From Rhodospirillaceae bacterium (lineage in GTDB: Bacteria; Pseudomonadota; Alphaproteobacteria; Azospirillales; Azospirillaceae), in the NCBI GenBank assembly GCA_037147415.1, contig JBAWVF010000004.1, forward strand, positions 1,112 to 65,111: a DNA stretch of 64,000 nucleotides, in the 5' to 3' direction. The translations under genes and the position numbers were made by a program. The notes under the pieces are model-generated. The model ran no database searches, was not told where the DNA came from, and saw only the letters and a program-made list of their open reading frames with translations. The number at the start of each line of letters is the position of its first letter. The stretch's first letter is position 1. Of this stretch, positions 1-10,691 are shown piece after piece.

Positions 1-1815
1 ATTCAAAAGGATTATGTCTCAAAGACGCGATTGTCTTCACAATCACTTCTTGGAATTCTTAATGACATTCTCGATCTATCTAAAGTAGAAGCCGGGAAGA
101 TGGAGTTAAATCCGGAGGAGTTTCGTTTAGATGATTTGATGAAAACTCTTGCAACTGTTGCTGCTGCTAACGCACGTGATAAAAATATTGAGGTTCTTTT
201 TGATATTGTGCCGGGCACGCCGTTAACATTAGTGGGTGATGCTCTGCGTCTTCAACAAGTTTTAACAAATCTTGCGGGTAATGCGATTAAATTCACAGAA
301 CAGGGCGAAGTCGTTTTGTCGGTTGAGGTGGTTGGTGGCGATGATAATTGGGTGGACTTGCAGTTTACTGTTCGTGACACCGGTATTGGCATTGCACCGG
401 AACATCAGCAAACGATTTTCGATGTTTTTTCTCAGGCCGATAACACAACCAGTCGACGTTTTGGCGGGACGGGCTTGGGTTTGGCAATTTGTAGTCGCTT
501 GGTTGATTTGGCGGGTGGGCGCATTGAGTGTGAAAGCGTCGCGGGACGAGGGAGTACGTTCCGGGTCTTTCTTCGCATGGGGCGTGTGGCGCTAACGGTT
601 AAAGAGCATATTCTCTCATCGCGTGTGCCAAGAAACTTAAAAGTATTGGTTGCCGATGACAACCCGACAGCCTGTAAAATCATGGCTGCGATGATTGCTC
701 CGTTTGGCTGGACTGCGGTCGTCGTCTCGTCCGGCCGTCAGGCGCTTGACGAGATTGATCGGGCGTTGGCAACTACGCCGTTTGATTTATTGCTGCTTGA
801 TTGGCTAATGCCGGAGGTTGGTGGGTGCGAGATTGTCCGCTATCTCAAGTCACATCAGTCGCCTGAAAACATTCCCTTGATTTTAGTGGTTACCGCTTAT
901 GAATACGAGCGTGTTCGGCGCGATTCGGGTAATGAACCGTTGATTCGGGCCGTGTTGACCAAGCCGGTATCCCCGTCGATTTTGCTTGACGCTGTTGCTG
1001 TAGCCTATCCGGCGATGACGTCGGCGGATACTAAGAGCTTGCCGGTGCCTACGCTGGAGTGCGCACCCCTTGCGGGTTTATTGTTACTGTTGGTCGAGGA
1101 TAACACGATTAATCAAGTAGTTGCGCGCCGTATATTAGAAAATGCCGGGGCCGAGGTCAAGGTAGCGGGCAACGGAATCGAAGCCTTGGAGATTTTAACT
1201 GCTGAGCGGAACCGCTTCGATGTTGTATTAATGGATATTCAAATGCCTGGAATGGATGGCTATGATGCCACCAGGGCAATCAGAAATGAACTGGAATTAC
1301 TTGATTTGCCGATTATTGCAATGACGGCTAATGCTCTTGATTCCGATCGGAAACATTGTTTGGCTGCCGGGATGAATGATCACCTTGGTAAGCCATTTGT
1401 TGTTGCGCAAATGATTGCCGTCGTGTCACGCCATGCGCGCCGCTTTCGCCATGCGAACCCGGCATTGTTAACCGGCCAGCCCATCGCTGCTTTTGACAAT
1501 CCCTTGACACACGTTGCGGGTGATAAGGCTCTGCTTAAGCTTGTTATGGCGCAGTTTGTACAAATCTATGGTGATGCCGCGCGTACTTTGGCCGGTTTTC
1601 TGGCTCAAGGTGACCTGAAGCCCTTATCCAGAGTGGCGCATGACTTGAAAGGCGTCGCCGGTAATTTGGGCGCCGGGAGTTTGGCGAAACTGGCAGAACG
1701 GCTTCAGCACGCCGCTGAACAGGGCGATCTCGATCAGGTTCGGTCGGGTTGTATGGAGATCGGACAACTGATGCCGCTTGTCCTGGCGGAAGCGGCCCGT
1801 ATTGCCGAAGAGTGA
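1..1815 (+). CDS. Hybrid sensor histidine kinase/response regulator, 5'-truncated by the window edge (end of HisKA, HATPase_c, two REC domains, HPt)
   Basis: Frame +1 is open from nt 1 ([36 protein letters not shown]). Kinase boxes are [20 protein letters not shown] and GGTGLGLAI. Receivers are VLVADDNP..LLLLDWLMP and [27 protein letters not shown]. The HPt motif AHDLKGVAGNLGA lies near the C-terminus. Confidence 0.9.
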   Translation: MQKDYVSKTRLSSQSLLGILNDILDLSKVEAGKMELNPEEFRLDDLMKTLATVAAANARDKNIEVLFDIVPGTPLTLVGDALRLQQVLTNLAGNAIKFTEQGEVVLSVEVVGGDDNWVDLQFTVRDTGIGIAPEHQQTIFDVFSQADNTTSRRFGGTGLGLAICSRLVDLAGGRIECESVAGRGSTFRVFLRMGRVALTVKEHILSSRVPRNLKVLVADDNPTACKIMAAMIAPFGWTAVVVSSGRQALDEIDRALATTPFDLLLLDWLMPEVGGCEIVRYLKSHQSPENIPLILVVTAYEYERVRRDSGNEPLIRAVLTKPVSPSILLDAVAVAYPAMTSADTKSLPVPTLECAPLAGLLLLLVEDNTINQVVARRILENAGAEVKVAGNGIEALEILTAERNRFDVVLMDIQMPGMDGYDATRAIRNELELLDLPIIAMTANALDSDRKHCLAAGMNDHLGKPFVVAQMIAVVSRHARRFRHANPALLTGQPIAAFDNPLTHVAGDKALLKLVMAQFVQIYGDAARTLAGFLAQGDLKPLSRVAHDLKGVAGNLGAGSLAKLAERLQHAAEQGDLDQVRSGCMEIGQLMPLVLAEAARIAEE

Positions 1816-1837
1816 GCCCCGCCTTTGTCGGTGGGGC
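1816..1837. terminator. GC-rich hairpin between convergent genes (kinase and lepA)
   Basis: gccccgcc-tttgtc-ggtggggc forms an 8-bp stem with one G-U pair. It starts immediately after the kinase stop and is followed by ggtcttta. There is no long T-run. Confidence 0.4.
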
Positions 1838-1879
1838 GGTCTTTATCATCCACCCACCCATCAATCATCCACCCATCAA

Positions 1880-3682
1880 TCAATCATCGCCCATTTTCAG
1901 GGCGGCGATAAAGGCGGACTGCGGAATTTCAACCTGCCCGAACTGACGCATGCGCTTTTTGCCCTCTTTCTGCTTGTCCAACAGCTTGCGCTTGCGTGAA
2001 ATATCGCCGCCATAGCATTTGGCGGTAACATCTTTGCGCATGGCGCTGATGGTCTCGCGAGCGATGACTTTTGCTCCGATCGATGCCTGAACCGCAATCT
2101 TGAACAGCTGACGCGGGATTAGTTCCTTCAGCCGCTCGCACATGGCTCGGCCGCGCCGCTCGGCCTGACTGCGATGGACGATGATCGACAGCGCATCGAC
2201 CGGTTCGGCATTGACCAGGATCGACAGCTTAACCAGATCCCCTTCCTCGTAACCGTCCAGGGTGTAGTCAAAGCTGGCGTAACCCCGGCTGATCGACTTC
2301 AGGCGATCATAGAAATCGAATACGACTTCATTGAGCGGCAAACGATAGACCAGCATGGCGCGGCTGCCGGCATAGGTCAGCTCGATCTGAACGCCGCGGC
2401 GCTCGGTACACAGCTGTAAGATGCCGCCCAGATACTCGTCGGGCAGCAAGATGGTAGCCTTAATCCAAGGCTCGTCCATTTTTTCGATGCGCACCGGATC
2501 GGGCATGTCGGCTGGATTATGCATCAGGCGCACGGTGCCATCGGTCATATGTATTTTATAGACCACCGAGGGCGCAGTGGTAATCAGGTCGAGATCGAAC
2601 TCGCGCTCTAGACGCTCTTGAACAATCTCCAGGTGCAACAGGCCAAGGCAACCGCAGCGGAAGCCGAAACCCAGCGCAGCCGAGCTTTCCGCTTCAAATT
2701 GGAAACTGGCATCGTTGAGCGCAAGTTTGCCGAGCGAATCGCGCAGATGCTCAAACTCGGCGGAGTCGGTCGGGAATAATCCGCAAAACACCACCGGAAT
2801 CGAGGGCTTGAAGCCGGGCAGAGGTTCGGCGGCCAACCGGCGCTCGTCGGTCAGGGTATCGCCGACCTTGGTCTCGCTGATTTCCTTGATGCCGGCGGTG
2901 ATAAAACCGATTTCACCGGGACCGAGTTCACCGGTCAGCGTCGGTTTCGGACGGAAGACGCCGACGCGGTCAACCTCTCGGGTCGCGCCGGTTGCCATCA
3001 TGCGGACTTTCTGGCCGACTTTGAGCCGACCATCAACCACGCGCACCAGAATTACCACGCCGAGATAGGCATCGTACCAGCTATCGACCAGCAACGCTTT
3101 CAACGGTGCGGTTTCGTCGCCGGCCGGAGCGGGCAGGCGGGCGACGATTGCCTCCAGCACACCGGCAATATTCAACCCGGTTTTGGCCGAGACCATCACC
3201 GCGTTCGCAGTATCCAGCCCGATCACGTCTTCGATTTGCTGGCGGATCCGGTCGGGCTCGGCCGCGGGCAGGTCGATCTTGTTGAGAACCGGAATGATTT
3301 CGTGATTATTATCGATCGCCTGATAGACATTGGCCAGAGTTTGCGCCTCGACTCCCTGGCTGGCGTCCACCACCAGAATCGAGCCCTCGCAGGCCGCCAA
3401 CGAGCGGCTGACCTCATAGGCAAAGTCGACATGGCCGGGGGTGTCCATCAGGTTCAACTGATAAACTCGGCCATCTTGCGCTTTATAATCGAGCCGAACG
3501 GTCTGGGCCTTGATGGTGATGCCGCGCTCGCGCTCGATATCCATGCTGTCGAGCACCTGCTCGCGCATTTCACGGTCGGCCAAGCCGCCGCAGACCTGAA
3601 TTAACCGATCCGCCAGCGTCGATTTGCCGTGGTCGATATGGGCGATGATCGCGAAATTACGAATATGGCTGAGATCGGTCAT
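1880..3682 (-). CDS. lepA: Elongation factor 4 (LepA)
   Basis: 600-aa ORF. N-terminus is [27 protein letters not shown]. GTPase motifs DTPGHVDF and NKIDL are present, as is the LepA-type C-terminus ([21 protein letters not shown]). Confidence 0.97.
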   Translation of the reverse strand: MTDLSHIRNFAIIAHIDHGKSTLADRLIQVCGGLADREMREQVLDSMDIERERGITIKAQTVRLDYKAQDGRVYQLNLMDTPGHVDFAYEVSRSLAACEGSILVVDASQGVEAQTLANVYQAIDNNHEIIPVLNKIDLPAAEPDRIRQQIEDVIGLDTANAVMVSAKTGLNIAGVLEAIVARLPAPAGDETAPLKALLVDSWYDAYLGVVILVRVVDGRLKVGQKVRMMATGATREVDRVGVFRPKPTLTGELGPGEIGFITAGIKEISETKVGDTLTDERRLAAEPLPGFKPSIPVVFCGLFPTDSAEFEHLRDSLGKLALNDASFQFEAESSAALGFGFRCGCLGLLHLEIVQERLEREFDLDLITTAPSVVYKIHMTDGTVRLMHNPADMPDPVRIEKMDEPWIKATILLPDEYLGGILQLCTERRGVQIELTYAGSRAMLVYRLPLNEVVFDFYDRLKSISRGYASFDYTLDGYEEGDLVKLSILVNAEPVDALSIIVHRSQAERRGRAMCERLKELIPRQLFKIAVQASIGAKVIARETISAMRKDVTAKCYGGDISRKRKLLDKQKEGKKRMRQFGQVEIPQSAFIAALKMGDD

Positions 3683-3861
3683 GGGGGCCGTTCATGGGGG
3701 AGCGCAAATATCTGGCGCCGCGAACATAGGGCGCAGAGAGGCGCCGCGCAATGGTGGACTGTGCCGCCGCCTTTGATCCGATGCCTTTGTCGTCGACAAA
3801 GCCGGCTCTTTGCGGCCATATCCTCTCTGCGGGCAGGGTTCGAAGCCGGGGGTAACAATCG

Positions 3862-5109
3862 ATGATCTTTTCGCCGTTCGAGCGCATGGTGGCGATGCGA
3901 TATTTGCGGGCACGCCGCCAAGAGGGGTTCATCTCGGTGATCGCAGCGTTTTCGTTGCTGGGCATCGGGCTCGGGGTGGCGACCCTGATCATCGTCATGG
4001 CGGTGATGAACGGGTTTCGTCACGAGCTGCTCGGGCGGGTGCTCGGGCTCAACGGCCATATGAACATCTTCAGCATGACGCCGGGGCCGTTAACCGGGTT
4101 TGATGAACTGGCCGGGCGCATCGCCAAGATGCCGGGCGTAGTCAACGTGACCCCAACCGTCGAGGGCCAAGCCCTGGTGACCCAGCGCGGCACCGCTTCG
4201 GGAGCCGTGGTGCGGGCGATTCGGCCCGAAGATTTCCGGGTGCGTCCGACCCTGTCCGCCGCGATTATCGAGGGCTCGGCCGAGCGTTTCGGCGAGGATC
4301 GGGTGGCGATCGGCTATCGCATGGCGCAACGGATCGGGCTGCATGTCGGCGATACCATCACGCTCATTGCGCCCCAAGGAAAAACCACCGCTTTCGGCAC
4401 GATTCCGCGGATGCGCGCCTATCCGATCGGGGCGGTGTTTAATGTCGGCATGTTCGAATACGATAATAACTTTATTTTCATGCCACTGGAGGCTGGGCAA
4501 CTGTTCTTTCAGTATCCCGGCACGGTGTCGTCGCTGGAGGTGTTCGTCAAGGATCCTAACGATATTCGAGAAGCGGTGGACGATATAATTCCCGCTATTG
4601 CCGGTCGCGCGCGAGTGGTTGATTGGCAACAGACCAACTCCAGCTTTTTTACCGCGCTTCAGGTCGAGCGCAACGTAATGTTTTTAATTCTAACTCTGAT
4701 TATTTTGGTGGCGGCATTTAATATTATTTCAAGCTTGATTATGCTGGTCAAAGACAAGGGCCGTGATATTGCAATATTACGTACTATGGGCGCAACCCGC
4801 GGCATGATCATGCGGATATTTTTGCTGAGCGGGGCCAGCGTCGGCGTGCTCGGTACCGTGACCGGTTTGGTCCTCGGTGTCGTGTTTTGCGAGAATATTG
4901 AGTCGATTCGGCAAGCGATACAAACTCTGACCGGCACTAACTTGTTCTCTGCCGAGATCTACTTTTTAAGCCGACTGCCGGCCCAGCTTGATTGGGGCGA
5001 GGTGGCGCAAGTGGCGGTCATGGCGCTCAGCCTGTCTTTTGCGGCCACGCTTTATCCGTCCTGGCGCGCTGCGCGCCTGGATCCGGTCGAAGCCCTGCGT
5101 TACGAGTAA
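3862..5109 (+). CDS. lolC: Lipoprotein-releasing ABC transporter permease (LolC/LolE family)
   Basis: 415 aa. N-terminus is FSPFERMVAMRYLRARRQEGFISVIAAFSLLGIGLGVATLIIVMAVMNGF. It has a FtsX-type C-terminal 3-TM bundle and is followed directly by lolD. Confidence 0.9.
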   Translation: MIFSPFERMVAMRYLRARRQEGFISVIAAFSLLGIGLGVATLIIVMAVMNGFRHELLGRVLGLNGHMNIFSMTPGPLTGFDELAGRIAKMPGVVNVTPTVEGQALVTQRGTASGAVVRAIRPEDFRVRPTLSAAIIEGSAERFGEDRVAIGYRMAQRIGLHVGDTITLIAPQGKTTAFGTIPRMRAYPIGAVFNVGMFEYDNNFIFMPLEAGQLFFQYPGTVSSLEVFVKDPNDIREAVDDIIPAIAGRARVVDWQQTNSSFFTALQVERNVMFLILTLIILVAAFNIISSLIMLVKDKGRDIAILRTMGATRGMIMRIFLLSGASVGVLGTVTGLVLGVVFCENIESIRQAIQTLTGTNLFSAEIYFLSRLPAQLDWGEVAQVAVMALSLSFAATLYPSWRAARLDPVEALRYE

Positions 5110-5799
5110 ATGAGGATTGCAACGATGATCGAACTTGACGCCGTCGTTCGGACCTTTGAACAGGCCGGTACCAAGCTTGAGGTGCTGGCCGGCGCTTCTC
5201 TGCGTGTGCGGCCGGGCGAGATGGTCGCGTTGGTCGGGCCATCGGGCGCCGGTAAATCAACCTTACTTCACATCGCCGGGCTATTGGAGCAACCGGATGG
5301 GGGCGAGGTTCGCATCGCCGGTACCCCGACAATGGCGCTTGGCGACCGGGAGTTGACGCTGCTGCGGCGGCGTTCAATCGGCTTCGTGTACCAATTTCAC
5401 CATCTTCTGCCCGAGTTCTCGGCCGAAGAAAACATTGTATTGCCTCAGATGATTGCCGGAACTGCGCGGAACGTGGCGCGCGGGCGGGCCCGGGAGTTGC
5501 TGGATCGCATCGGACTTGGCGCAAGAGCCGGGCATCGGCCGGGGCGGCTCTCGGGTGGCGAGCAGCAGCGCGTTGCCATTGCGCGTGCATTGGCTAATGC
5601 TCCCGGCTTGCTGATTGCCGATGAACCGACCGGCAATCTTGACCACCATACCGCAGAGGCGGTGTTCGACCTGTTCATGCGCTTGGTGCGTGACGATGGC
5701 CTTGCTGCGCTCGTCGCGACCCATAACCTCGATTTGGCACGTCGGATGGACCGGGTGCTGGAGTTGCGCGACGGTAAGCTGATCGAGCGCGAGGGTTAA
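5110..5799 (+). CDS. lolD: Lipoprotein-releasing ABC transporter ATP-binding protein LolD
   Basis: Walker A is GPSGAGKST, the signature is LSGGEQQR and Walker B is LLIADEPT. The ATG abuts the permease stop (TAA ATG). An alternative ATG lies at 5125. Confidence 0.9.
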   Translation: MRIATMIELDAVVRTFEQAGTKLEVLAGASLRVRPGEMVALVGPSGAGKSTLLHIAGLLEQPDGGEVRIAGTPTMALGDRELTLLRRRSIGFVYQFHHLLPEFSAEENIVLPQMIAGTARNVARGRARELLDRIGLGARAGHRPGRLSGGEQQRVAIARALANAPGLLIADEPTGNLDHHTAEAVFDLFMRLVRDDGLAALVATHNLDLARRMDRVLELRDGKLIEREG

Positions 5800-6071
5800 T
5801 GAACGCTAACCGGGTGCAATTCATGGCGACGCAACGCCTCAACAGCGTCGTCGCGGTGGGCAACAATCGTAAGGGGTGTGCCATCGGCGGCATGGATGGC
5901 ATAGCCGGCTTCACCGTCAACTGTAACTTGTCGAACATAGGCAACGACACCGACACCGAAGGATGCGAAATCCTTCGACGATAGCAGAGGGTTGTAAGTC
6001 TCAGGCCGAGCATTCATGGCATTCTCGCACGTGACGGACCCCGGAGGTCCGGAATCAACAGATAGAGTCAT
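5796..6071 (-). CDS. Small conserved protein, DUF1150-like (hsp20-associated)
   Basis: 91-aa ORF whose ATG overlaps the hsp20 stop (ATGA on the minus strand). The family call rests on remembered hsp20-DUF1150 synteny in alphaproteobacteria, not on a motif. Confidence 0.65.
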   Translation of the reverse strand: MTLSVDSGPPGSVTCENAMNARPETYNPLLSSKDFASFGVGVVAYVRQVTVDGEAGYAIHAADGTPLTIVAHRDDAVEALRRHELHPVSVH

Positions 6072-6544
6072 GAGGTCGGGTGATTGGTGCCGACGTCAAG
6101 TGTTCGGGTTCCGCCGGTCCGGTTACCTGGGGCTACGGTTTCAATCTTGACGGTGCGAACCTTCGAATCCGGCAGTGGGCGCTTGAGTTCAATGTTTAGC
6201 AACCCGTTGTCGAGGCTGGCGCCTGTTACCTCAATCCCTTCCGCAAGGACGAAGCTGCGCTGGAACTGGCGCGCGGCGATGCCGCGGTAAAGATATACCC
6301 TGTCTTTTTCTTCGATCTGCCGACCACGGATCACCAATTGATTATTTTCCACCTGAACGGTTAAGTCATTCATGGTAAATCCGGCGACAGCCAGGGTTAT
6401 GCGCAGCCCGGCCTCTCCGTCCTGTTCAATATTATAGGGCGGATATCCTTCGGCCGAGACTTTCGATATCCGATCAAGAGTTTGCTCAAACCGGTCGAAC
6501 CCAAGCAGGAACGGACTGTTAAAGAGTGAAAGACGTGCATTCAT
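6068..6544 (-). CDS. ibpA: Hsp20/alpha-crystallin family small heat-shock protein
   Basis: MNARLSLFNSPFLLGFDRFEQ resembles the IbpA N-terminus. The alpha-crystallin core is ITLAVAGF..LTVQVENNQLVIRG..RSFVLAEGIEV..ASLDNGLLNIEL. The start was chosen at the ATG with GGAGGA 8 nt upstream. The ORF track extends to 6616. Confidence 0.9.
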   Translation of the reverse strand: MNARLSLFNSPFLLGFDRFEQTLDRISKVSAEGYPPYNIEQDGEAGLRITLAVAGFTMNDLTVQVENNQLVIRGRQIEEKDRVYLYRGIAARQFQRSFVLAEGIEVTGASLDNGLLNIELKRPLPDSKVRTVKIETVAPGNRTGGTRTLDVGTNHPTS

Positions 6545-6967
6545 CGAGTGCATCCTCCTCCGAGCGAGCGAGTTGCAGCGGGGTCCGAACTTGGCACCCG
6601 TCTCAATAATAGTCATAAATGATTAACGCTCTGTCAACGCGCTGTATCGAATGGATGGCCTAAAGTCAGAGTGAGTCCGGTGAGCAGAAGAGCGGTTTCG
6701 GCGATAGCCGCCCCGGGGCGGAGTCGCGTTCGGTATGCAGAAATATTTTGATTCGTTGATGGATGAATGCGATGATATTCAAATTGCGGGATCGGGTTAG
6801 GCGATGTTAAATGAGAGTCGTTCTCTCATCGGCTGTTACCCCTGCTGCACAACCCTGCTCTACATGCTCGGCTCTGGAAACCGGGACAAAGATTTGGTAA
6901 GGGTAACAGCACGACCGCAATGGCCGGAATCGATAGTCGGGGCCGATGCAGGGGGGATTTGGACGTT

Positions 6968-7579
6968 ATGGAAAAGTTTGTAAAGTTGTGCGGGGTTGCT
7001 GCTCCTCTTCCTATGATTAATGTCGATACCGATATGATCATACCAAAGCAATTTTTGAAGACGATTAAGCGCACCGGACTGGGGCAAAATCTGTTCGATG
7101 AGATGCGGTTTCGTTCCGATGGCTCCGAAAATCCCGACTTTGTGTTGAATCGCCCTGCCTACAGGCATGCGAGTATTCTGGTTGCGCTTGACAATTTTGG
7201 TTGTGGATCGTCAAGAGAGCACGCGCCATGGGCGCTTCTGGATTTCGGCATACGGTGTATCATTGCGCCGTCTTTTGCCGACATTTTCTTTAACAACTGC
7301 TTTAAGAACGGTATTTTGCCGATCACACTTCCCCGTGAGCAGGTCGACCTTTTGATGCCGGGCATTGAGCGTGGCAACAATGCCATGGTTACGGTTGATT
7401 TAGAAAAGCTGGAAATCACCGGTCCCGATGGCGCTACGATTCACTTTACTATCGACCCGTTCCGTCGGCACTGCTTGCTAAACGGACTGGATGATATCGG
7501 GCTGACTTTGCAACAAACCGCTGCAATCGATGCATTCGAGAACAAACAGCGGCTGACTACGCCCTGGATGTGGGGCTGA
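6968..7579 (+). CDS. leuD: 3-isopropylmalate dehydratase small subunit
   Basis: [39 protein letters not shown] is a typical LeuD N-terminus, and the GCGSSREHA motif is present. The start was trimmed from ORF position 6920 to the ATG at 6968. Confidence 0.93.
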   Translation: MEKFVKLCGVAAPLPMINVDTDMIIPKQFLKTIKRTGLGQNLFDEMRFRSDGSENPDFVLNRPAYRHASILVALDNFGCGSSREHAPWALLDFGIRCIIAPSFADIFFNNCFKNGILPITLPREQVDLLMPGIERGNNAMVTVDLEKLEITGPDGATIHFTIDPFRRHCLLNGLDDIGLTLQQTAAIDAFENKQRLTTPWMWG

Positions 7580-7675
7580 TTATTTTAGTGAGTATGAGTG
7601 TTTTAGGGCTTTTCGTCGGAGTGCGAAAGCCTTTATAAATGTCCAGAATTAAATTCCAACGGGAGTTCGCGCGCC

Positions 7676-8794
7676 ATGACCGCCAATAAGAAGCTTTTGA
7701 TTCTTCCCGGAGATGGAATCGGGCCGGAAGTGATGCGGCAGGTTCGCCGTGTCATTGACTGGATGGGACGGCGTCGGGGGATTACTTTCGACGTCAAGGA
7801 AGGGCTTGTTGGCGGTGCCGCCATTGATGCCCACGGCGTTCCGCTCACGGAGGCCACGCTGGCCGAGGCCAAGGCGGCTGACGCTGTATTGCTGGGTGCC
7901 GTTGGCGGGCCGAAATGGGACAAGATCGATTTCGAGCGTCGACCCGAAGCCGGCCTGTTGCGTTTGCGCAAAGATCTCGACCTGTTTGCTAATTTGCGCC
8001 CGGCATTGGTGCTGGATGCCTTGGTCGACGCCTCACCGCTGAAGGCGGCGATCGTCAAGGGCCTTGACATCATGATCGTTCGTGAGTTGACCGGCGGCGT
8101 CTATTTCGGTGAGCCGCGCGGGATCAAAGACCTTGGCAATGGTGTGCGCCAGGGGATTAATACCCAGGTTTATACCAGCGACGAGATTCGTCGTGTCGCA
8201 CGGGTTGCATTTGAGCTGGCACGTAAGCGTAGTCGTAAGTTGTGCTCGGTCGAAAAAGCCAATGTCATGGAAACCGGTCTGTTGTGGCGGGAAGAAGTGA
8301 CTGCGCTCCATCAGGCCGAGTTTGCGGATGTCGAGTTGTCTCATATGTATGCTGATAACTGTGCGATGCAGTTGATCAAGAACCCGCAGCAATTCGACGT
8401 CATCGTTACCGACAATTTGTTCGGTGATATGCTGTCGGACGAAGCGGCGATGCTGACCGGTTCGCTCGGGATGTTGCCTTCGGCGTCGTTGGGTGCGCCC
8501 GATGGCGAGGGACGGCGGCGCGCACTTTACGAACCAGTGCATGGTTCCGCTCCGGATATTGCGGGTCGCGATGTGGCTAACCCGATTGCCAGCCTGTTCA
8601 GCTTTGCCATGTGCCTGCGCTATTCCTTTGATCTGCCGACCGAGGCGGATTTGATTGAAAAAGCAGTGGCGCAGGTGCTTAAGGGTGGTATGCGCACGAC
8701 TGATATTATGGCGCCCGGTATGGCTCGGTGTTCTACAACCGTTATGGGCGATTCCATCGTCAGGGCGCTCGACAAATTGAATATTGCCGCCTAA
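7676..8794 (+). CDS. leuB: 3-isopropylmalate dehydrogenase
   Basis: 372 aa. Supporting motifs are [50 protein letters not shown] and [13 protein letters not shown]. Confidence 0.96.
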   Translation: MTANKKLLILPGDGIGPEVMRQVRRVIDWMGRRRGITFDVKEGLVGGAAIDAHGVPLTEATLAEAKAADAVLLGAVGGPKWDKIDFERRPEAGLLRLRKDLDLFANLRPALVLDALVDASPLKAAIVKGLDIMIVRELTGGVYFGEPRGIKDLGNGVRQGINTQVYTSDEIRRVARVAFELARKRSRKLCSVEKANVMETGLLWREEVTALHQAEFADVELSHMYADNCAMQLIKNPQQFDVIVTDNLFGDMLSDEAAMLTGSLGMLPSASLGAPDGEGRRRALYEPVHGSAPDIAGRDVANPIASLFSFAMCLRYSFDLPTEADLIEKAVAQVLKGGMRTTDIMAPGMARCSTTVMGDSIVRALDKLNIAA

Positions 8795-8811
8795 GCTGAC
8801 CTGTTACGAAT

Positions 8812-8843
8812 TAGCCCGTTCTCATAGTTACGGGGACGGGCTA
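8812..8843 (+). terminator. Hairpin downstream of leuB
   Basis: tagcccgt...acgggcta forms an 8-bp stem 18 nt after the leuB stop. The downstream tract is A/T-rich but has no clean T-run. Confidence 0.4.
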
Positions 8844-8975
8844 TTCAAAATAATTAATGACAAGGCGAAGACACTTGCTTCAAATCTAATTGCCATATTG
8901 CCGGAATTTCATATCGCTGTCGTTGCTGTTATGCTATGTGAACATTTAGACCTGTAGCAGCTCGGTTGATGTCTC

Positions 8976-10034
8976 ATGAACAGTAAGCCTGAAGCGACGG
9001 AGGAGGAGGGCAACACTCGTCGTCTCTCCGATGACGACGCCCGGGATTCGTTGCATATTCTGCCGCTTAGTATTATTCCATTGGAAACGCCGGGGCTGAT
9101 TAAATCACGGTTGATAAAAAACGTCCGGCTTCAGACTGTGGTCGAGATGTTCAGGGACGACAATGCCGGTAGCGGTCAGGTCAGCATCCAACAACTTCCC
9201 GTCTATTTTGAATCGCATGCCGATAGAATTGAACGAGACTTGGTTAAGCTGTTAAAGCTGTCCCAGTCCAATAGTTTCGACGTTTATTCCTTGAGAATTG
9301 AGTTGCGACGACTTCAGTTGAATGTTAATGACTATGAACAGCTGACGCTTTCAGATAAGAAAAAGGCTGAACTTACCGAGTATATGAAATCTTTTACACA
9401 TCCCTTGATTAAGAGTATTTATGGTTCTGATAATCAAAATATTAGCGATGTTTCTGATATTATTAAGATGTTCACCCAGCCCAATCGGGATGAAGCGGTC
9501 AAGAACCTTAAGATGATGGCGGATCGGCTGAATGTCGGGCTGATCGAGATCCCGAGTTTCTTGGAGGAGTATGGCGACATATTCTTGTCGCTGGCCTATT
9601 TTCGACGCTGCATCGACGAAGTGGTGCCGGAAGTCCAGCGCTTCGTTGAATGGATGAACGAGGTCCGCAGCAGTACGGAAGTGCGGCGCGATCAGCGATT
9701 GATCAACACGATCGACCAAATTGCCAGCGATATTACCGAAATTACTGCGTCGATTACCGGGCGCTTTGACAATTTCGATCAAAAATCGAAAGGTTTTTGG
9801 ACAGATATCAATGCTGAAACCTTTCGGACCATTCGCCAGTTGATTACTGCGCATCATGTTACGATCGGCGGCGTGCTCTGCGGGTTGGTCGTAAAGATGG
9901 GCCTGTGGAAGCTGCGATTCGCCCGCGGTGGCGGGGGGCCGAACCGCCGGATTGATTTTGTTAAATCAGAGATTCTGCCCGGGCTTGATCACATTAAAAT
10001 GTTGGAACGGTCGGCACGCGATATCAAAGTATAG
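8976..10034 (+). CDS. Hypothetical protein (352 aa), low-GC orphan
   Basis: Long ATG-initiated ORF with no competing frame and no motif I recognise. Acidic N-terminus, helical body, and one hydrophobic stretch (VTIGGVLCGLVVKMGLW). Hand counts of two 60-nt lines gave 32-40% GC, against about 72% for a leuB line. Confidence 0.75.
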   Translation: MNSKPEATEEEGNTRRLSDDDARDSLHILPLSIIPLETPGLIKSRLIKNVRLQTVVEMFRDDNAGSGQVSIQQLPVYFESHADRIERDLVKLLKLSQSNSFDVYSLRIELRRLQLNVNDYEQLTLSDKKKAELTEYMKSFTHPLIKSIYGSDNQNISDVSDIIKMFTQPNRDEAVKNLKMMADRLNVGLIEIPSFLEEYGDIFLSLAYFRRCIDEVVPEVQRFVEWMNEVRSSTEVRRDQRLINTIDQIASDITEITASITGRFDNFDQKSKGFWTDINAETFRTIRQLITAHHVTIGGVLCGLVVKMGLWKLRFARGGGGPNRRIDFVKSEILPGLDHIKMLERSARDIKV

Positions 10035-10048
10035 GCAGGCGTTCGCTG

Positions 10049-10582
10049 ATGAAGACGCTTTATTTACTGCGACATGCGAAGTCGTCATGGAATAATCCGA
10101 ATGTACCGGATCGGCTGCGTCCGCTGTCGGGCCGCGGGAGACGCGCTTCAGCTCTGATCGGCCGGTATTTACAAAATTCAAATGATAATATTCAGTCTGT
10201 CGTGTCCTCTCCGGCCCGCCGGGCGGTTGATACCGCTAACTTAGTGTTGGACGCAATCGATGGTGCACCGTTATTGCAGCAGGATGAAAGTCTTTACTTT
10301 GGCGGATGGCCTGCTTACTTGGATGTTATACATTCTTTGCCCGATTCGGTTGATCGTGCTCTGCTGGTCGGCCATGATCCGGACATCCATAGTTTGGTTT
10401 TGAAACTCGCCGGGCTCGGAACGGATAAGGCGTTGGGCGCACTGGCCGAGAAATTTCCGACCGGAGCGTTGGCCGTGCTCGAATTCGCAGGTTCCGACTG
10501 GGGGGATATTGTCCCCGGCACGGGCCACCTTCGCGCCTTTATCCGTCCGCGCGACCTAAGTCTTCAACGCTTTAAAGCTTAA
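10049..10582 (+). CDS. Histidine phosphatase family protein, SixA-like
   Basis: MKTLYLLRHAKS contains the RHA/RHG catalytic motif, with a second His motif in LLVGHDPD. The 177-aa size fits SixA-type phosphohistidine phosphatases. Confidence 0.8.
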   Translation: MKTLYLLRHAKSSWNNPNVPDRLRPLSGRGRRASALIGRYLQNSNDNIQSVVSSPARRAVDTANLVLDAIDGAPLLQQDESLYFGGWPAYLDVIHSLPDSVDRALLVGHDPDIHSLVLKLAGLGTDKALGALAEKFPTGALAVLEFAGSDWGDIVPGTGHLRAFIRPRDLSLQRFKA

Positions 10583-10691
10583 CATTGTAATGTTTTGTGT
10601 CTAAAATGCTGATGACAGCGCGCCTTTTGTGATCTATGTTCCGCCGATGTCTTCAACCTTCCGCTGACTGTTTTGATCGGAGTCGTAAAAG

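Noticed and set aside
1845-1885. The imperfect direct repeat catccacccatcaatca (translating as [10 protein letters not shown]) between the kinase gene and lepA.
   Set aside because: It is short, imperfect and intergenic, just past the lepA stop. The ORFs through it (1749-1946 and 1778-1999) have no coding support. It was noted only as low-complexity sequence.
6545-6660. A ROSE-type RNA thermometer and RpoH promoter upstream of hsp20.
   Set aside because: A TTGACA element and a 5' leader of about 70 nt ending in GGAGGA are visible. I could not find a convincing SD-masking U(U/C)GCU hairpin, nor a CTTG-N17-CTATNT RpoH site at correct spacing. A folding calculation or Rfam scan would be needed.
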